Assembly (NCBI GenBank): GCA_049969475.1
Contig: JBMFOU010000005.1
Span: forward strand, 2,034-66,033
Origin: Bacteroidales bacterium
Lineage (GTDB): Bacteria; Bacteroidota; Bacteroidia; Bacteroidales; TTA-H9
Length of the DNA stretch: 64,000 bases
Reading direction: 5' to 3'
Shown: piece after piece, positions 1 through 9,243 of the stretch
How the letters are laid out: each line of letters begins with the position of its first letter
Position numbering within the stretch: position 1 is the stretch's first letter
Notes under the pieces: generated by a model
Seen by the model: only the letters and a program-made list of their open reading frames with translations
Told to the model about the DNA's origin: nothing
The model's database searches: none
Translations under genes and position numbers: made by a program

Positions 1-76
1 AAAATTTACTAGCCTTGACCTTATAAACAGCTTCTGACGTAGATGCAAGGGTTAAAAACTCTGCTGACGATTTCAT
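1..76 (-). CDS. 5' end of a gene running off the left edge; possibly YigZ/IMPACT family
   Basis: A reverse-strand ATG at 76-74 opens a stop-free frame to position 1: MKSSAEFLTLASTSEAVYKVKASKF. The SE-x-x-YK-x-K-x-SKF stretch resembles YigZ/IMPACT N-termini. Only 25 codons are visible, and it is not in the ORF track. Confidence 0.35.
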   Translation of the reverse strand, partial: MKSSAEFLTLASTSEAVYKVKASKF

Positions 77-266
77 GCAACAAAATTAAAGTAAAATTAA
101 CATATAATTTTTTAACAATTTCCATTCAGGCCTTCCGAAATTATCATTTTGTTATTCAACATTTTAAATTTACTTTGCTTGTTAAATTAGCTTAAAAAGT
201 GAATAACTTTCTTAAAGAATGTTAATTTTTTTTTTGCAAAAGAGTACAAATTATCAAAAGACGTTG

Positions 267-274
267 TACATTTG
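267..274 (+). promoter_or_regulatory. Bacteroidota-type -7 promoter box (TACATTTG)
   Basis: Matches the TAnnTTTG consensus, 31 nt upstream of ATG 305, in an AT-rich divergent spacer. Confidence 0.45.
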
Positions 275-304
275 CATCGTCAAATTTAAAAATCCAAAAC
301 CGCT

Positions 305-556
305 ATGAAAAAACTCAATCTTCTCTTATTGGCAGGTGCAGTTGCCATGATCGCCGCTTGTGGCCCCAGCGCAAAAGAACTCGCAGAAAAAGCAAAACAG
401 GACAGCATTCGTATTGCTGACAGCCTTGCTAAGGTAAAAGCTTACGAAGACAGCGTTGCTGCTGCTCAGGCTGCTGCTGCTAAGGAACAGGCTCGTCTTG
501 ACAGCATTGCCAAGGCTGAAGAAGCTGCTAAAGCTGCTAAAGGAAAGAAAAAGTAA
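305..556 (+). CDS. small Ala/Lys-rich lipoprotein
   Basis: 83 aa. Signal peptide with lipobox (AMIAAC), then a helical low-complexity AEKAK/AAKA region. A strong terminator follows. Confidence 0.75.
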   Translation: MKKLNLLLLAGAVAMIAACGPSAKELAEKAKQDSIRIADSLAKVKAYEDSVAAAQAAAAKEQARLDSIAKAEEAAKAAKGKKK

Positions 557-575
557 TTTTAGCCTCAGTTAAACG

Positions 576-606
576 AAAAAAGGAGTGGAAACACTCCTTT
601 TTTTTA
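576..606 (+). terminator. rho-independent terminator
   Basis: Hairpin AGGAGTG-gaaa-CACTCCT (581-598), preceded by an A-run and followed by T8. Confidence 0.8.
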
Positions 607-631
607 TTTTAGCACCCCATCTCCCTCTATT

Positions 632-2659
632 ATGCCTTTTAAGCTCGTCTCAGATTATTCCCCGACTGGCGATCAACCAGAAGCCATCCGGCAACTTACT
701 GAAGGAATTCTGCGCGGAGATCTTGCACAGGTCTTACTCGGCGTTACGGGCTCAGGCAAGACATTTACAATAGCTAATGTTTTAGCCAACGTCAATCGGC
801 CTGCCCTTGTACTCAGTCATAACAAAACCCTGGCTGCACAGCTCTACGGTGAGTTCAAACAATTTTTCCCGGATAATGCTGTTGAATACTTTGTTTCATA
901 CTATGATTATTACCAACCTGAAGCTTATATCCCATCTACTAACACCTATATAGAAAAAGATCTTTCTATAAATGACGAGATCGAAAAGCTAAGGCTAAGT
1001 ACCACATCCGCATTGCTTTCGGGTAGAAGGGACGTGATTGTTGTCTCATCTGTATCTTGTATATACGGAATTGGCAATCCGGATGATTTCACACGTCAGG
1101 TAGTAGAATTACAGCAAGGCCAGGTATATGGTCGTAACCGATTTCTACTGGACCTCGTGGCTGGCCTTTATGCTAGAACTGAGACTGATTTTAAGCGCGG
1201 AACATTCAGAGTTAAAGGAGATACGGTTGATGTATTCCCTGCCTATGCCGATAAAGCATACAGAATAGTATTTTGGGGCGATGAGGTAGAATCGCTCAGC
1301 ACCTTCGATCCCTTGACGGGTTATCAGATGAGTGAGGAAGAATACCTGAAGATTTATCCTGCCAACATCTTTGTTACCTCTCATGAACAAATGAAGAGAG
1401 CTATAAAAGAAATACAGGAGGACCTGGGGAGGCAAGTGGAGTTTTTCAAACAGATGGGTAAGCATGAAGAGGCCAAACGGCTCTATGATCGTGTTACGTT
1501 TGATGTTGAAATGATGAAAGAGCTCGGATATTGCTCGGGAATTGAAAACTACTCACGCTACTTCGATGGACGAAAACCTGGAAGCAGACCTTTCTGCCTG
1601 ATAGACTACTTTCCTGATGATTTTATAATGGTTATAGATGAAAGCCATGTAACCGTTCCTCAAATTCGAGGAATGTATGGAGGTGATCGCTCGCGCAAGC
1701 AGGTTTTGGTGGATTACGGATTCAGACTTCCATCCGCCCTCGACAACCGCCCACTGAAGTTTGATGAGTTTGAAGCGATGATCAACCAGGTGATTTTTGT
1801 AAGTGCAACGCCAGCTGAATACGAACTTCAGCAGGCAGAAGGAGTTGTAGTTGAACAAATTATCAGACCCACAGGATTGCTCGATCCGGTAATTGAAGTG
1901 AGACCCACGCACAATCAGATTGACGACCTATTGGAAGAAATCCGGAAGACGATAGAGAGAAAAGAAAGAGTATTGGTAACCACACTTACCAAGCGAATGG
2001 CAGAAGAGCTGAGTAAATTTTTGCAAAGCGTAAATCTGAAGACACGGTACATTCATTCTGACGTAGAGACTCTGGAGCGTGTGGAAATAATGCGCGATTT
2101 ACGAATGGGTGAATTTGATGTGCTGGTTGGGGTCAATCTTTTGCGCGAGGGACTCGACCTGCCAGAAGTTTCGCTGGTAGCCATTCTCGATGCCGACAAA
2201 GAAGGTTTTTTGCGCTCGGAACGTTCGCTGACTCAGACTGCGGGCCGTGCAGCAAGAAATATTAACAGTAGAGTCATCATGTATGCCGATGAAATTACAG
2301 AAAGCATGCGTCGAACTATCGACGAAACCAATCGCCGGCGATTGAAGCAGATGGAATACAATCGCCAGCATGGTATAACTCCCACCCCCATCATTAAGTC
2401 CACAACATCAATCCTTACTCAAACTACGGTGGCCGATTCAAGGAAAGCTAAGGGTAAGCCATACATAGAAAAAGAAGAAATAGAAATTGCTGCCGACCCA
2501 GTAGTAGCTTACATGTCGAAGGCAGATATCGTTAAAGCAATTCAGCAGGCCCGCAAACAAATGGAATCTGCAGTAAAAGAACTCGATTTTATCAACGCGG
2601 CCCGCTATCGCGATGAAATCAAGCAACTCGAAAAAAGACTCGACTCCATGCTATCTTAA
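632..2659 (+). CDS. uvrB: excinuclease ABC subunit B
   Basis: 675 aa. N-terminus [19 protein letters not shown], Walker A GVTGSGKT, helicase motifs, and a C-terminal UVR motif ([11 protein letters not shown]). Confidence 0.97.
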   Translation: MPFKLVSDYSPTGDQPEAIRQLTEGILRGDLAQVLLGVTGSGKTFTIANVLANVNRPALVLSHNKTLAAQLYGEFKQFFPDNAVEYFVSYYDYYQPEAYIPSTNTYIEKDLSINDEIEKLRLSTTSALLSGRRDVIVVSSVSCIYGIGNPDDFTRQVVELQQGQVYGRNRFLLDLVAGLYARTETDFKRGTFRVKGDTVDVFPAYADKAYRIVFWGDEVESLSTFDPLTGYQMSEEEYLKIYPANIFVTSHEQMKRAIKEIQEDLGRQVEFFKQMGKHEEAKRLYDRVTFDVEMMKELGYCSGIENYSRYFDGRKPGSRPFCLIDYFPDDFIMVIDESHVTVPQIRGMYGGDRSRKQVLVDYGFRLPSALDNRPLKFDEFEAMINQVIFVSATPAEYELQQAEGVVVEQIIRPTGLLDPVIEVRPTHNQIDDLLEEIRKTIERKERVLVTTLTKRMAEELSKFLQSVNLKTRYIHSDVETLERVEIMRDLRMGEFDVLVGVNLLREGLDLPEVSLVAILDADKEGFLRSERSLTQTAGRAARNINSRVIMYADEITESMRRTIDETNRRRLKQMEYNRQHGITPTPIIKSTTSILTQTTVADSRKAKGKPYIEKEEIEIAADPVVAYMSKADIVKAIQQARKQMESAVKELDFINAARYRDEIKQLEKRLDSMLS

Positions 2660-2765
2660 AAATTAGAGAATTTATAGATCGAACGAAAATACTGTGCTTG
2701 GGTAAATCCATCGAATAAAATAATTTTATTATTTTCGTAAATGAACATTTTTCCAGAATTTGCGA

Positions 2766-2773
2766 TAAATTTG
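2766..2773 (+). promoter_or_regulatory. candidate -7 promoter box (TAAATTTG) for the polysaccharide locus
   Basis: TAnnTTTG match 50 nt upstream of ATG 2824. It is the only such box in the 164-nt gap after uvrB. Confidence 0.4.
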
Positions 2774-2823
2774 TAGAACCCAAAGCTTTTTACATAACTT
2801 TATTTCTTCAAAATTCATAAAAT

Positions 2824-3210
2824 ATGAAATCCAAAATTCTAGCCATAGACGACGAGCAGAGTATCAGATTATTACTTGAAAACTACCTTGGAAAAAACTA
2901 CGAGGTGGTTACTAAAAGTAATGGAGAAGAAGGTTTGATCTGGCTTGAAAAGAACATTCCCAACCTTATCATTTGCGACATTCAGATGCCTAAAATGGAT
3001 GGTTATGAGTTCATTGAAAAGGTGAGGGCCTCAGGCTTTCATAAACACACTCCCATCATCATGCTTTCAGGTGAAGAAAGCAGTGAAAGCAGGGTAAGAT
3101 GCTACCGGCTGGGAGCTCAGGACTTTTTGGTAAAACCTTTCAATGTACTTGAACTCGAGGAGCTTATCAAGAAGAACCTCAATCCTATACATTATGCCAT
3201 TGAATGGTAA
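2824..3210 (+). CDS. stand-alone response-regulator receiver (CheY-like)
   Basis: 128 aa, receiver domain only. D9-D10 acidic pair, acceptor D52 (IICDIQMP), S82 and K104 (LVKPF) are all present. Confidence 0.9.
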   Translation: MKSKILAIDDEQSIRLLLENYLGKNYEVVTKSNGEEGLIWLEKNIPNLIICDIQMPKMDGYEFIEKVRASGFHKHTPIIMLSGEESSESRVRCYRLGAQDFLVKPFNVLELEELIKKNLNPIHYAIEW

Positions 3211-3222
3211 AAAATACAGCCT

Positions 3223-4413
3223 ATGATACCCCTTAAAAAAGAACATTACACAATTCTTTATATAGGTGGCGATACGGGTATAAAGGAAGCTTTCGAGCGG
3301 GACCCCCGAATCAGTCATATTACGGTAGAAAATGGATTGGAAGCTTTGGACGCCTTGCAAAAACACAGCGAGATAGACGGAATAGTGTGTGAAATGTTCC
3401 TCCCGGGAGGCACTGGGTTGGAACTTTACGAATTCTTAAGCAAGTCTGAATTCGCCACTAAATTAAAACTTCCTTTTATCATTGTTGTACACGATTTTGA
3501 TCCCAATTTGTATAAAAAAGCCTTTTGGGCAGGGGTAGATGATTTTTATCTTGCCCCACTCAATCATGATAATCTTTTGTATCGACTTGATTTTATCAAA
3601 GAATACAAGGAGAAACATACCCAAAATCTGGGCCAGGAGGTGAAGCTGAAGCCCTACAAAATGGATTGGAAAAAACGGGCCTTCGATATTGTCTTTGCGA
3701 GCATTGCCCTGATCTTGGTCTCCCCTATTTTACTACTAGCAGCCTTGGCTATTTGGGTGGAGTCAGGGTTCAAAGGCAAAGTATATTACATCTCCAAAAG
3801 ATTTGGCAGATACGAAGTATTCGATTTCTATAAGTTGCGTACTATGTACCTTGATGCTGACAAAAGGTTAAAGGATCTCAAACACCTCAATCAATATGCT
3901 GACCTGATCGATGAGGACAAAGACGAGCCCTGTCCAAGATGTGCTCAATTACCAGCGGGGCAGTTTTGTTCGCAACCCCTCAACTATGGAAATTCTAAAA
4001 TATGTGAATACTGGTTCCTAGAAAAGAAAAAGAAGAAAAATCAGGCTGCATTCATAAAGATTAAAGACGATCCGCGCATTACCAAAGTTGGTAAAATACT
4101 CAGAAATACCAGTATTGATGAATTGCCCCAGCTTATCAATGTGTTAAAAGGCGATATGTCGATTGTGGGCAACCGTCCACTTCCCCTTTATGAAGCAAAC
4201 ATGTTGACTACTGATCAATATAGTAAACGTTTCGGTGCGCCCGCCGGAATTACCGGTCTCTGGCAAGTGGAGCTCAGAGGCAAAAAAGGGAAAATGTCGG
4301 AAGAAGAAAGAAAGATGCTCGACAACAACTATGCCGACAATCACTCTTTCTGGGGTGATATCAAACTCATTCTGAGAACCATCCCCGCACTTTTCCAGAA
4401 AGAAAACGTGTAA
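3223..4413 (+). CDS. degenerate receiver domain fused to a phosphoglycosyl transferase (bacterial sugar transferase family)
   Basis: 396 aa. Residues ~9-125 follow the receiver pattern, but E57 replaces the acceptor Asp (IVCEMFLPG) and Ala replaces the conserved Lys (YLAPL). Residues ~150-396 carry PGT hallmarks: a membrane helix (AFDIVFASIALILVSPILLLAALAIW), KLRTM, and DDPRITKVGKILRNTSIDELPQLINVLKGDMSIVGNRP. A Cys-bearing insert occupies residues ~222-278. Confidence 0.88.
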   Translation: MIPLKKEHYTILYIGGDTGIKEAFERDPRISHITVENGLEALDALQKHSEIDGIVCEMFLPGGTGLELYEFLSKSEFATKLKLPFIIVVHDFDPNLYKKAFWAGVDDFYLAPLNHDNLLYRLDFIKEYKEKHTQNLGQEVKLKPYKMDWKKRAFDIVFASIALILVSPILLLAALAIWVESGFKGKVYYISKRFGRYEVFDFYKLRTMYLDADKRLKDLKHLNQYADLIDEDKDEPCPRCAQLPAGQFCSQPLNYGNSKICEYWFLEKKKKKNQAAFIKIKDDPRITKVGKILRNTSIDELPQLINVLKGDMSIVGNRPLPLYEANMLTTDQYSKRFGAPAGITGLWQVELRGKKGKMSEEERKMLDNNYADNHSFWGDIKLILRTIPALFQKENV

Positions 4414-4414
4414 G

Positions 4415-5182
4415 ATGAACAAGATTTTTAGGATATGCCTTCTTTTCCTGGCCCTTGTGCCGGGCTTTAATTTATCAGGACAAAACAATGCGGGAGGGGG
4501 AGATTTTAGTTTCGACCCCATTATCGACGACATTGCCAAACATATCCCCCCGCTAGAAGCGCTTATAGATTCTGCCATCGCCAATTCTCCCTATCTGAAG
4601 TTCAGGGATGCGCAAATTGTGGTTAACCATTACAAATACATTATCGAAAAGAATCAGTTGCTTAGGGATATTGGTTTTAGCATAGAGGCCCGTTACGGAC
4701 GTTTCGACAATTGGTCTACCAACGAAGGAGCTGGAGGAATACCTGTATATGTTGGTAGCACCCGCGATGAGTGGAGATATGGAGCAGGTGCCTACATTAA
4801 AATTCCGTTGTTCGACATTACAAATCGTAAAACCACCATAAATTTGGCTAAAAAAGAAGTAGAGCAAGCCGTTAATCATCGCAACGAATTGATTCACGAA
4901 ATAAGAAAGGACGTTATCGTGCAATACAACGAACTGTTGATGCGACAACGCTTGATGAAAATAGCCAGTGATAATCAGATTACAGCCGAGATACAGTTGC
5001 GGATGGCAGAAAAGCAATTTCAGAATGGGCAACTACCCTTAGGCGAAATGGCCCGAATGATGGACATTATGGCACGGGCTAAAGCGGAATACGAACAGCA
5101 AAAAACTGCCTTTATTACTGCTTACAGTTTGCTTGAAATTACAACAGGTGTTAAATTTAACCTTTTAAATAAGCTTCAGTAA
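4415..5182 (+). CDS. half-length TolC-like (outer membrane efflux protein repeat) protein
   Basis: 255 aa. Signal peptide, then one copy of the OEP repeat (LEALIDSAIANSPYLKFRDAQI..., beta segment, then long helices to the C-terminus). About half the size of a normal TolC-family protomer. Confidence 0.7.
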   Translation: MNKIFRICLLFLALVPGFNLSGQNNAGGGDFSFDPIIDDIAKHIPPLEALIDSAIANSPYLKFRDAQIVVNHYKYIIEKNQLLRDIGFSIEARYGRFDNWSTNEGAGGIPVYVGSTRDEWRYGAGAYIKIPLFDITNRKTTINLAKKEVEQAVNHRNELIHEIRKDVIVQYNELLMRQRLMKIASDNQITAEIQLRMAEKQFQNGQLPLGEMARMMDIMARAKAEYEQQKTAFITAYSLLEITTGVKFNLLNKLQ

Positions 5183-5185
5183 GGT

Positions 5186-7858
5186 ATGAATCTGGTCAGA
5201 ATACTCAAGCTTTTTCAACGCAATCTGCCACTGCTCATTGGGGTGCCGCTAGTGCTGGTGGCAATTGCAAAATATCTGACCAGAAATCCCACCTTAAAGT
5301 ATGAATCAGAAACCACTATATACACAGGTCTGGCTTCAGGATATACTTTAGAGCAAAGTAAAGGCTTCAACTTATTTGCTACAAACAATGCTTTTGATAA
5401 TCTCATCAATATCATAAAAAGCCGTGAGGTAGCTTCTGAAACAGGGATTCGCCTGTTTACCATGTATCTCATGATGGATAAGCCCGATAGCAGGATTTTA
5501 AAAGTAAACTGGGAAAACCTTCAAAAAAGAACTCCGGCGCACATCAAGGCTCTTTTGATAAAAAAAGGGCAGATGGAACTTTCAGCCGGAACATTCGGAA
5601 ATCAATTCAGTGACACAATTTTTCTTGTAAACAACGATTTCGTTGTTGATGATAAATTATTTCATTTAGTCAAGCCTGATGAAACTATTTTCAGTATAGC
5701 CAAGCAATACAATGTATCGGTAAGCGAATTACTGAATATCAACAATTTAACAAGTTACTACTTAAATCCTGGAAGCAAAATCATTGTTAAAGATGTAAGC
5801 GATGGGAGCCCGGAAGAAAAGATGCAACTTTTCGATAGCGCCAATGTTCAGAAAAAAAGAGACCTCAACAAGGATTTATATGAAAAGAATGTGCAAAAGC
5901 TGATGCAATATGCATATGCTAATGACACAAACTATCTCTATGGTCTTTTGAATTCGGGCAATCCTTATTTCGGCATCAAAGCCATACAGTCAGTAACTGT
6001 AAAAAGAGTTCAGAGCAGTGATCTTATAAATATCAAATATACTTCGTTCGATCCCGGAATTTGTCAGCAGACTCTGATAATTCTCACCGAAGTATTTATT
6101 CGAAAATTTAAATCGGTTAATGAGAACCAATCAGATGCTGTTGTAAGATACTTTATTAACGAGGTTAATAAAGCTGCTGTTCGTTTGCGCCAAGCAGAAG
6201 ATCGTTTATTGGAGTTTAACAAGACGAACAATATTATCAATTACTATGAACAAAGTAAGGCAGTAGCCAACATGAAGGAAGACCTTGATCAAAAATACAG
6301 TGAATCGAGGATGAATTATGAGGCAGCGGCTGCTGTTCTTCAGAAACTTGAAGAAAAGCTGGGCGTTCAGGGGCAAATTCAGCTGAAAACCGATCAAATT
6401 GTCAAAACGCGCAATCGTCTATCAGAAATTACTTCTAATATCACATTGACAGAGGTTTATAACGATCCAGATCCCAAAAACCGGGCAAAACTTGAAGAAT
6501 TGAAAAGCGAAGCTGCACGGCTTAAAAAACAGTTGGAGGATTATGTTTCGCAACTTTATACTTACACCAACACTATCGATGGCCTCCCCTTGAATGACTT
6601 ACTTCAGCAATGGCTCGTAAATGTTATTAAATACGAGGAGAGTAAGGCCACCATGGAGGTTTTAGCTCAACGCATACAAGAATTTTACGAGTATTACAAA
6701 ACGTTTGCTCCTTTAGGTGCTACACAGAAACGCATTGAGCGCGAGATTAATGTTGCAGAGCAAGAATACCTCTCACTCCTGCACAGCCTGAACCTTTCCA
6801 AACTCAAACAACAAGACATAGAGCTTTCCTCTAACATCAAAGCTGTAGACCCGCCATATTATCCACTAAAACCCTTAAAAGGCAAAGAAGGCATTTTGGT
6901 AATTGTGGCGGGTTTGTTCGGTTTCATTTTCGTGGCCTTCCTCATAATAGCTCTTGAATACCTTGACAACACTATCCGAACGGCTGACCGACTCGAAGAA
7001 CTTTCAAAGCTCAGAATTGCCGGTGTCTTTCCCCGCATTATCAACCGCTATGCTGCATACAATTTACCTTTTATTACCAACCGCCTTATTGAACTTACTG
7101 TACACAATATACGCCTTAACGTAAGACAAAACCAAAAACACGTAGGGCCTGCGCTAGTCATTATTTTCAGCTCCCTAAAAAAAGAAGGCAAAACATTCAT
7201 GGGAGCACGGCTTGCAGAAAAGTTCAGGGAATTTGGTGAACAAACCGCATTTTTAACTTTCGTTACCTCCAATAACTTAAATGATAATGAATGGCTTACT
7301 CAGCCAGGTTTTTCTGGTGAGCCTGTTGAAGACAATTCATTACAGGACGACCTCAGAAAGAAAAGCACCAAGGGTAAAGCCAACTTGCGTTCACAAAAGA
7401 AAAAAACTGTTCGCAGGACAACTGCTGAAAAGTTGATTCCCATGCCCATTGCTCATGATGACAATTTCAGATATCTGGTAGATAAGAATTTTACCGAAGT
7501 TTCATCGCTCTCTGAACTGAATTATTTGGAAAGGAGACCTATATTTAGCGACTACAAATTCATTTTGCTCGAATTGCCGGGAACCATTTACAACCCCTAC
7601 CCCATCGATTTAGTTGCACAAGCTGACTCATCTTTAATGATCACACGAAGCAACCGATCGTGGAAAAAAGCTGACACATTAGCTTTATTCACTATGGTCA
7701 AGATTTTCAAAGAGAAACCATTGGCTTTCTTAAATGGGGTAGAAATAGAAGAAATAGAAAACATCTTAGGAGACCTTCCACGTCAAAGAAGTCGCCTTAG
7801 AAGAATATTTAAAAAATTGATTACATTGCAATTAAAAGATAGGACCGCTATAAAATAA
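5186..7858 (+). CDS. Wzc/GumC-like polysaccharide co-polymerase with an embedded LysM domain and a degenerate P-loop domain
   Basis: 890 aa. Wzz-type N-terminal TM, a LysM motif at residues 159-203 (FHLVKPDETIFSIAKQYNVSVSELLNINNLTSYYLNPGSKIIVKD, nt 5660-5794), and a long coiled coil. A Pro-rich PPYYPLKPLKGKE motif precedes a second TM. The C-terminal domain has a Walker-A-like SSLKKEGKT but no Tyr-rich tail. Confidence 0.8.
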   Translation: MNLVRILKLFQRNLPLLIGVPLVLVAIAKYLTRNPTLKYESETTIYTGLASGYTLEQSKGFNLFATNNAFDNLINIIKSREVASETGIRLFTMYLMMDKPDSRILKVNWENLQKRTPAHIKALLIKKGQMELSAGTFGNQFSDTIFLVNNDFVVDDKLFHLVKPDETIFSIAKQYNVSVSELLNINNLTSYYLNPGSKIIVKDVSDGSPEEKMQLFDSANVQKKRDLNKDLYEKNVQKLMQYAYANDTNYLYGLLNSGNPYFGIKAIQSVTVKRVQSSDLINIKYTSFDPGICQQTLIILTEVFIRKFKSVNENQSDAVVRYFINEVNKAAVRLRQAEDRLLEFNKTNNIINYYEQSKAVANMKEDLDQKYSESRMNYEAAAAVLQKLEEKLGVQGQIQLKTDQIVKTRNRLSEITSNITLTEVYNDPDPKNRAKLEELKSEAARLKKQLEDYVSQLYTYTNTIDGLPLNDLLQQWLVNVIKYEESKATMEVLAQRIQEFYEYYKTFAPLGATQKRIEREINVAEQEYLSLLHSLNLSKLKQQDIELSSNIKAVDPPYYPLKPLKGKEGILVIVAGLFGFIFVAFLIIALEYLDNTIRTADRLEELSKLRIAGVFPRIINRYAAYNLPFITNRLIELTVHNIRLNVRQNQKHVGPALVIIFSSLKKEGKTFMGARLAEKFREFGEQTAFLTFVTSNNLNDNEWLTQPGFSGEPVEDNSLQDDLRKKSTKGKANLRSQKKKTVRRTTAEKLIPMPIAHDDNFRYLVDKNFTEVSSLSELNYLERRPIFSDYKFILLELPGTIYNPYPIDLVAQADSSLMITRSNRSWKKADTLALFTMVKIFKEKPLAFLNGVEIEEIENILGDLPRQRSRLRRIFKKLITLQLKDRTAIK

Positions 7859-7872
7859 AGAATTACTGACTT

Positions 7873-9243
7873 ATGATTAAAGTCATCCTCAATAAAACTA
7901 TCTACAACAAAAACTTTCTTTCATTGGCAGGGAATGCCGTGTCGGCAGTTTTTGGTCTAATCGTATTTATGCTTCTGGCACGTACTTTCTCTGCCGATAT
8001 TTTTGGGGAATGGGTAATATATCTTTCTACTGCGACTTTTCTTGAAATGTTCAGGTTTGGGCTCACCCGAACCGGCCTCATCCGTTTTCTTTCTGGAGCC
8101 ACCGGAGAAGAACGTGCGCGACTGAAAGGCACCAATTACGTCGTTGGATTATCTATCACGGCATTAATTTTCATTGTATTATACATCTCCCTACTCATTT
8201 TCCACAAGCCCATCATGGCTTCGCCTTACCGGCTTTTTTTCCTGTGGTATCCCTTGCTGGCCCTAGTCAATTTACCCTTTAACAACGCGCTGAGTGTCTT
8301 GCAAGCAGAAGAAAAATTTCTACAGATACTGATTATTCGTGCGCTCAATGTGGCTTCTTTTGCGTTGCTTCTGGCTCTCAACTATTTCTTGCAATGGAAC
8401 TTGAGTCTTCAACATCTCATATGGTGGCATTTATTTCTCAATTTGTCTACTTCAATGTATGTCATCATAAAAAAATGGGATGGCCTGTTTGATTTGAAAT
8501 ATTTTAACAGGGATACCTTAAAAACCCTTCTAAGGTTCGGAAAATATACAACAGTAACGCTAATTGGCAGTAATTTGCTTCGCAGTGCTGATACCTTTAT
8601 TCTTAGCATTAGTCCCTTGGGAAGCGCCGCTGTGGCCACCTATTCCATCCCGCTCAAACTCATGGAGATGCTTCAGATTCCTTTGAGAAGCTTTGCTGCA
8701 ACGGCTTTTCCCAAACTTTCAAAGGCAAGTATCAATGAGGAATGGGGAAAATTTAAGTTCTTTTTTTATCACTACACAGGGGTGGTTACCTTTCTGTTTC
8801 TTCCGGTAATCATTTTAGGTTTCTTTTTTGCCAAATATTTTGTATGGCTGCTTGGAGGTGCAGAATATTTGAAGCCTTTCCCTGCCACCGGCGAAAGCAC
8901 CGTATTTTTATTTCAGGTATTTGTGCTTTATGGGTTTCTGCTTCCCCTCGATCGTATGACCGGTGTAGGTTTGGATGCCATCAACAAACCTGAAAAGAAC
9001 TTTTACAAAATCATTGCCATGGTAACGGCCAATGTCATCGGCGACCTTGTAGCTGTTTTTATTTTCAAAAAACTACTTTACGTTGCCTATGCCACTTGGC
9101 TATTTACATTTATAGGGGTTATTTTTGGTTATTCATATCTTAACAGGGAAGTTCCCCTCCATTTTATTAAAATCTTCTCTATAGGATGGAAGTCACTCAT
9201 ACAATATTTTTTCAGGAAACAAACCGAGTATGAACTAAAATGA
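7873..9243 (+). CDS. oligosaccharide flippase (Wzx-like, MOP superfamily)
   Basis: 456 aa and highly hydrophobic with about 12-14 TM segments. Its position and pattern are typical of polysaccharide biosynthesis flippases. Confidence 0.78.
   Translation: MIKVILNKTIYNKNFLSLAGNAVSAVFGLIVFMLLARTFSADIFGEWVIYLSTATFLEMFRFGLTRTGLIRFLSGATGEERARLKGTNYVVGLSITALIFIVLYISLLIFHKPIMASPYRLFFLWYPLLALVNLPFNNALSVLQAEEKFLQILIIRALNVASFALLLALNYFLQWNLSLQHLIWWHLFLNLSTSMYVIIKKWDGLFDLKYFNRDTLKTLLRFGKYTTVTLIGSNLLRSADTFILSISPLGSAAVATYSIPLKLMEMLQIPLRSFAATAFPKLSKASINEEWGKFKFFFYHYTGVVTFLFLPVIILGFFFAKYFVWLLGGAEYLKPFPATGESTVFLFQVFVLYGFLLPLDRMTGVGLDAINKPEKNFYKIIAMVTANVIGDLVAVFIFKKLLYVAYATWLFTFIGVIFGYSYLNREVPLHFIKIFSIGWKSLIQYFFRKQTEYELK

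Noticed and set aside
2683-2738. 9-bp inverted repeat ACGAAAATA ... TATTTTCGT after uvrB, considered as a terminator.
   Set aside because: The loop is 38 nt, the stem is almost all A/T, and there is no clear U-tract. This is too weak to annotate.
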